This document shows positions 7,555 to 13,069 of a stretch of 13,069 nt of DNA, piece by piece (the first letter of the stretch is position 1; every line of letters starts with the position of its first letter). The notes beneath the pieces are model-generated. The model searched no databases. It was given only the letters and a program-made list of their open reading frames with translations, and was not told the DNA's origin. The DNA is from Azolla caroliniana (Eukaryota; Plantae; Polypodiophyta): the NCBI GenBank assembly GCA_043228905.1, contig JBHGNT010000999.1, positions 1 through 13,069 of the forward strand, given 5' to 3'. A program made the translations under genes and the position numbers.

Positions 7555-8888
7555 CCCATTGAGATCGCAACTAAATAAATGCTTAAGGTTCAAAAATGTC
7601 CCTCACGTCGACTTCCTAGAATTGCATGGAAAGCAAGAAAAAAGATCCAAAAGCCGCATAAAAGCAAAATTTCGTGTTCCGGTTGGATGCAAGATATGGA
7701 AAAATGGTTTGATATATGGGATGCAACACACTTGATTCATGATGCTTCATTGGATTCCTCTATAAATGAGGCCTTTTTGCAACTCCAATGTATCATGGCA
7801 TGGGACTTTCGTGTTCCGGTTGGATGCAAGATATGGAAAAATGGTTTGATATATGGGATGCAACACACTTGATTCATGATGCTTCATTGGATTCCTCTAT
7901 AAATGAGGCCTTTTTGCAACTCCAATATATCATGGCATGGGACTTTCGTGTTCCGGTTGGATGCAAGATATGGAAAAATGGTTTGATATATGGGATGCAA
8001 CACACTTGATTCATGATGCTTCATTGGATTCCTCTATAAATGAGGCCTTTTTGCAACTCCAATATATCATGGCATGGGACTTTCGTGTTCCGGTTGGATG
8101 CAAGATATGGAAAAATGGTTTGATATATGGGATGCAACACACTTGATTCATGATGCTTCATTGGATTCCTCTATAAATGAGGCCTTTTTGCAACTCCAAT
8201 GTATCATGGCATGGGACTTTCATGTTCAGGCTCATGCTTCACACATTATACCACACATATTGCACCTAACTACAAAACCATATTCTTTGGAGAACGGGGA
8301 AACCGTACATATCGATACATGTTTTTCAAGAAAACATATCATTCCATTAGTTTTAAGAAGCATATCAGCTACAAAATACAAAATAGATGGAAAGGAAGTG
8401 ACTATCCTTCCCTAGTCCGTCATGTGTAAGATAATGGCCAACCATGAATCCTTCGTTTGATAGACTTGATTGAGCACTTCCTCAATAGTTGTTATCTACC
8501 ATTTGAACCATTGCTTCCATGAGACTTAGCTCACATGCATTGCGATGTGAGCTGGGGCGTTGTGGCATAAGTGATGAGAGTGGTCGACTATGCACACTTT
8601 GCCCTAAACAAGTCCAAGATTCTAAGTATCACACTTTGATACAATGCTCTACCTTTGATCATATTCAACCATGCTTTCCACAAATCTTCGACCAAGCCCA
8701 ATCTTTGCACGAATTTCTCTCACAACCACAATGTGCACTCTCGATTGCAATATTCATTGGTAAAGTTCTTGAACATCGAGACTTGCTACTCACTTTCACA
8801 CGTATCACATGAATTGTAATATTTTTTGTCTCGTATGACATATTTGACCTCTGAAAACGATAATAGAATCTAAGTATCTCTCTCTCTT
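7555..8888 (+). mobile_element. 5'-truncated, degenerate LINE 3' end (RTE-X/CR1-like ORF2 C-terminus)
   Basis: RLPRIAW...GWMQDMEKWF, then IASMRLSSHALRCELGR..RLCTLC....DSKYHTLIQCSTFDHI (CCHC knuckle with RxSSHxL..ExGR). Stop at 8812, short 3' UTR, (TC)n tail at ~8876-8888. Clade assignment is tentative. Confidence 0.8.
7670..8230 (+). repeat. Tandem array of 4 x 137 bp plus a 13-bp partial unit inside the LINE
   Basis: Units start TTTCGTGTTCCGG at 7670, 7807, 7944 and 8081; the partial TTTCATGTTCAGG starts at 8218. I found one variable site (G,A,A,G). Confidence 0.97.
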
Positions 8889-9101
8889 GTCAATTTCTAA
8901 ATGTATTTTAGGTCACATCCATAAATTTGACTTGCTAAATTGATGCTGAGGAATTTGTGTATTGGTCTTAAAAAGTATGGGAGAAGTTGAGCAGTAAAAA
9001 TTCCAAACGTGCAGGATGGACAATCATATATTAAAAGAACACTTATGTATGTCGAGTTGGTTGAAAGACTTGGGTCTATTATGAACAAACACATGTTTCT
9101 A

Positions 9102-9128
9102 AAAGAGAGAGAGAGAGAGAGAGAGAGA
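9102..9128. repeat. (AG)n microsatellite upstream of the UGT
   Basis: Direct observation. Confidence 0.95.
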
Positions 9129-9188
9129 CTACACACACCGACATTTTGATTTATGAGAAGCGAGGGGAAAGCGATTAAAAAATTCAAA

Positions 9189-9369
9189 TGACGTGCCTGA
9201 AGGAGAACCATATTACAAAAGAACATTCCACCACACATTCAAGATTTTATACATGTCAAAAAAAAAGAAGATTTTACATATGCTATGTTGGGTTGGAAGA
9301 TTGATCCGTGAACAATGAATAAAAAAGGGCATTTTAGTCATTAATTTACTTTACCATGAAGGTATATAT
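9189..9369 (+). promoter_or_regulatory. Putative UGT proximal promoter: TGACGTG bZIP-type site (9189-9195) and TATA-like TATATAT (9363-9369)
   Basis: Motif match and position (about 70 nt before the ATG, which has GCCATGG context). Short motifs only. Confidence 0.4.
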
Positions 9370-9434
9370 GTGTATGTATTTACCTGCCTTCATCACTCCA
9401 ACCAAAGCTAGCTAGAGGCAGAGGCTAAGCAGCC

Positions 9435-10068
9435 ATGGCCACATCAGTTGATTCAGCTGTGGACTTAGCCTCTCATGGTAGTGGTAGTAAGAGAGCTCGT
9501 GCCCTCTTCATTCCCTTCCCAGTGCAAGGACAGATCAATCCCATGATACATCTTGCCAAAACACTCACAAATCATGACCAAAACCTCCATATCACACTCC
9601 TCAACAATTGCCACCACCACACTCGCCTCATGGCCAAGGCAGGCGGTCATCATCGAAGCCCATCGGCCATGGACGAAGTAGACACCGAAGAATTAGGTCG
9701 GAGAGGGTTCTCGGAGGAGACCTTGGTACAACCCAACCTTGGCTTGGTTTGTCTGGACAATGATCTCCCTACCCATTATGACTATGTCACTGCCCAGGAT
9801 TCTCCTGACAGGATGAGAGTGATTTTCGAGAGTTTTTCAGCCATGTCCAAAAACCTGAAGCTCTTCCTCCAGCATTTGGAGGAGAACGAGAAGCAAAGCT
9901 GTTACACCAAAGTTTCCTTCATAGCTGTCGGTATCTTTTGTGGTTGGGCTATCGATGTGGCCGTTGATCTCGGCATCCCGACTGTCCTTTTCTCTACCCA
10001 ATCCACGATTGTCTTGAGCCTGTATTTGCACGTTCATCTGCTTACCTCCAATGGCTTCTTCAGTGAAG
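9435..10068 (+). CDS. UDP-glycosyltransferase (GT family 1), exon 1
   Basis: RALFIPFPVQGQINPMIHLAKTL...ITLLN and W...VAVDLGIPTVLF are UGT N-terminal motifs. Donor AAG|GTTAGT at 10068/10069, phase 1. Confidence 0.92.
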
Positions 10069-10524
10069 GTTAGTAACTTAGTGAAAGTAATTCATTTGTC
10101 CTTGAATCTTTTTCATCAATCTGTTTCTTAAAAGTTGTTACAGTCAACATTATCTTCAATCTCTAAAGTTTTTAAGTGACAAAAGATGGATTGTTTAGGC
10201 TATCATTTCCCCATATCTAAAGAAGAGAGAAATATTTTGCATCAGAGATATTATATATAGAGATACCATGTCCTTGACTCATGAGATATTACCATAGCTT
10301 ATGATTTATCCATTGATTATGAAGTTCCCCCTCCCTCATCTTAGCTCTAATCTAAGACAGAATTTTAAATGTATACTTTGCTCAAAGAAAATGAGGTGAC
10401 TTAGCATCAAAGCTAATTGAAGTGATTATAGTCCTGATCTTTCAGTAATTGTTTCAATGGATTGTTCCTGAAAAGTTCACTTTCAATTATTACAAACATT
10501 AACCCTGTCCTTCATGTGTCTCAG

Positions 10525-11465
10525 AAACCAAGTTTCATGAGGAAGAAAACCCGAAGCTTTATGGTGAAGATGCAAAAGATCAGCTCGTGACCTACATACC
10601 CGGTATACCAGGGCTCCCGCCTTCAAGCTTCCCGACATTCATGCATGTACATGATCCGTCGAGTCCTTCTGTTGAGTTCCTGAAAATACATTCCAACAAA
10701 ACAATGCTTTGCAATGCAATCTTAATTAATACTTTTGAGGAGTTGGAAGGAGAAGCATCCCGAGCACTCGAGTCAGAGTTCCATATCCCTGTGTATCCTA
10801 TAGGGCCCGTGGCTCCGATGGATGTGAAAATGAAACAAGAAGATGAGAATGCTTGTATCACATGGCTGGATAAGAAATCCAAGCATTCAGTTGTGTACAT
10901 TTCTTTTGGAAGCCTGTGGAATCCTCCGGTCGAGCTCATCAAGAGTATAGCAGAGGGGCTCAAAGCAAGCAAACAACCTTACTTGTGGGCACTTAGGCCC
11001 TCAAACTTGTGGCCTTCCCCCAATGTGTATGAGTTTTTACCGGAGCATTTCTCCGAAGAAACGGATGGCCTTATCATTCCATGGGCTCCTCAACTTGATG
11101 TACTCGCTCACTCATCTGTTGGTGCCTTTCTCACCCATTGCGGATGGAATTCGACATTGGAGAGCATGTGCATGGGGGTGCCCATGATCCCTATTCCTAT
11201 TAAATCTGACCAACCTACAAATTGTAAGCTTATTGTAGATATATGGAAGGTGGGTATGAATGTCAAGTTTGTACTACATTCGGACGGACCTGTTGTGGGT
11301 AGTGACGATGTCGAGAGGGCCGTGAAGGTGCTCTTTCATGACGATGAAGGCAGTGAAATGAGAAACAGAGCTCAAGAGTTTAAAACAGCTATAAAGAGGG
11401 CTACACAATGTGGTGGCACATCATATACTAACATAGAAAAGTTCATCCACTCATTCAAAAAATAA
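10525..11465 (+). CDS. UDP-glycosyltransferase exon 2 (spliced product 524 aa)
   Basis: Acceptor TCTCAG|A at 10524/10525 restores the frame (634+941=1575 nt). Motifs: ILINTFEELE, CITWLD...SVVYISFGS, PSPG box WAPQLDVLAHSSVGAFLTHCGWNSTLESMCMGVPMIPIPIKSDQ, GGTSYTN. The intron is 456 nt and AT-rich. Confidence 0.96.
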
Positions 11466-11699
11466 TCCTCAAAAGACATTGATCATCACCATCAATTTTA
11501 TTCCTTGTATTCTGTGCATCCATCCCTTACATAGTTTTGGAAAGACAGTTCATTACGAGGATTGCCTAAATCTTTATATATCCTATAATGCAATAAGACA
11601 ATGGAAAAGGGATCCCCATTCGATTGCTGTAGTGTATCCTATAACAAGAAAGCATTCATCTTTCAACCTTTGTACCATATAATCAAAAAGGTATATATA

Positions 11700-11904
11700 T
11701 GGTAACTCACCAATCATGCAATTTGTTCAGTTTGACCCTTGAGATTAGAGGGTTTCAAAGAACACAAAATGGGATATAAAGAACACGTGCAGAAATGTCA
11801 TTTATGCGAAAATAATTTTGCTTAAGGCATTACAAATTTGAGATGGAAGAAATATGGGAATCTATAATAGCATTTTGTATTGGACGTGTCTTAATATGGA
11901 CAAA
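11700..11904 (+). repeat. Diverged direct repeat, copy 2 (partner 1093-1306)
   Basis: Same shared blocks as copy 1. It lacks about 20 nt present in copy 1 between ATCATG and CAATTTG. Confidence 0.85.
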
Positions 11905-13069
11905 AGAGGTGACTAGTGATAAGAGAAGGATAAGTAGTAATAATGGGGAAATGGAGCCATTTTTGTTAGGAATTTCAGTTAGAAAATGAATGGAATTGGA
12001 CAACCTCTTTTAGCAATTCCTCCAAGATTGTGCATCATTATTTTGTCCTTTTGGTGGTGTTCCTAGGGTTTTAATGATATGCCTAGGAGATAATGTGGTC
12101 TCCATGTTAATATAAATGGAATTTTTTTTATTCTTGTGGGATTATTAAAACACCCATTTTGTCCTACTGTTTTGACTCTTTCCATGTTATCCTAAGCTCC
12201 TGGGAGTCGGGACCCCTTTAAGAAACTTTATAAAGAGTAGCTTATATACCTAAAGATTTGGTCCTTTTACTGAAATTCAAGATGAATTTCTAAAGTTTCA
12301 ATTTACACCTATGAGATGGCTTTGACATCAAGTAATTATGGAATTTCCTCATGACACAACAAAACATTATGATGCCATATTACTTACTTCTTTGCATGCT
12401 AACTTTATAGGTGATTACAACATTGTAAAACCATTAGAATGGTTTTAATTATGTAGCATGTGAGAAAGGATTGCCCACACACGTAAGCTTAGATGTGCTC
12501 TCTATCAATTGGAATGATGTAAATTGGTTTAGAGTTCATCATGTTATGCATGAACAAATACTATTAGGCAACATTTTTGGGAGCCTTCCAAATCTTGAAA
12601 GCTAGCTCGTGGAGAAATCGATCAGCCGAATTGTAAGATTTCTACCATTTGGTTGGAAGCAAATGAAGAAAAAACAAAATATGTTACACATTTCTAATGT
12701 GACGATACCATATTTATGATAGAATTTGTTGTATTATAGAATATCACATAAAGTTTTATAAAGTGATATTTCATGACCACAAGATATAAACATCAAATGA
12801 GGGCCTAAAACCCCTTGTGTACTACAATAGAACCATACTATAGGTATGGTCTCTACAATCATAACTTATAGGCAAACTAACCCCAACAAGAAAATATGGA
12901 AATTTTCACATTTTAAAATGTATTTTAAAGGAACGACCATGATGCACAAGCTCCTGTCATTAATAAACAAGAGAAGCAATGCATGTTTGTTAATTATGCC
13001 ACAAAATCCTTAATAATGAAAAAAAAATGGAGACTTGACGTGATGAGGAGGTAGCGATGGACCAAATCC

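Noticed and set aside
7670-8230. CRISPR-like array or repeat-protein gene
   Set aside because: Head-to-tail 137-bp units with no unique spacers, in a eukaryotic context. The repeated ORFs are frame-shifted LINE sequence.
9465-10972. Antisense ORFs overlapping the UGT
   Set aside because: No recognisable motifs; expected shadows of a coding strand.
9435-11465. Two separate genes or a split pseudogene
   Set aside because: A GT-AG intron at 10069-10524 joins the two ORFs in frame.

Overview
Eukaryotic, repeat-rich plant DNA. A non-seed plant such as a fern is an inference from the transposon mix. The only complete host gene is a two-exon family-1 UDP-glycosyltransferase (UGT; 9435-10068 + 10525-11465, 524 aa, intact PSPG box), but both residues of the usual His-Asp catalytic dyad appear substituted (Q33, G166). 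An inverted, head-to-head remnant of a paralogous UGT lies at 5082-5862 and retains only an upstream block and the 3' end. The rest is nested retroelement debris. It includes the 5' end of an intact-looking Ty1/copia element (LTR, tRNA-iMet PBS, gag), a gypsy-type LTR with an Arg-tRNA-like PBS, and a degenerate copia pol. It also includes an orphan LTR, a chromovirus-type (Tcn1/Tf1-like) LTR plus truncated gag, and a LINE 3' end with a 4 x 137 bp tandem amplification. The most notable signal is in the chromovirus-type LTR. It has no tRNA PBS and instead shows an 11-nt self-priming architecture, plus a U3/R GNRA hairpin that could form only at the 3' end of the RNA.
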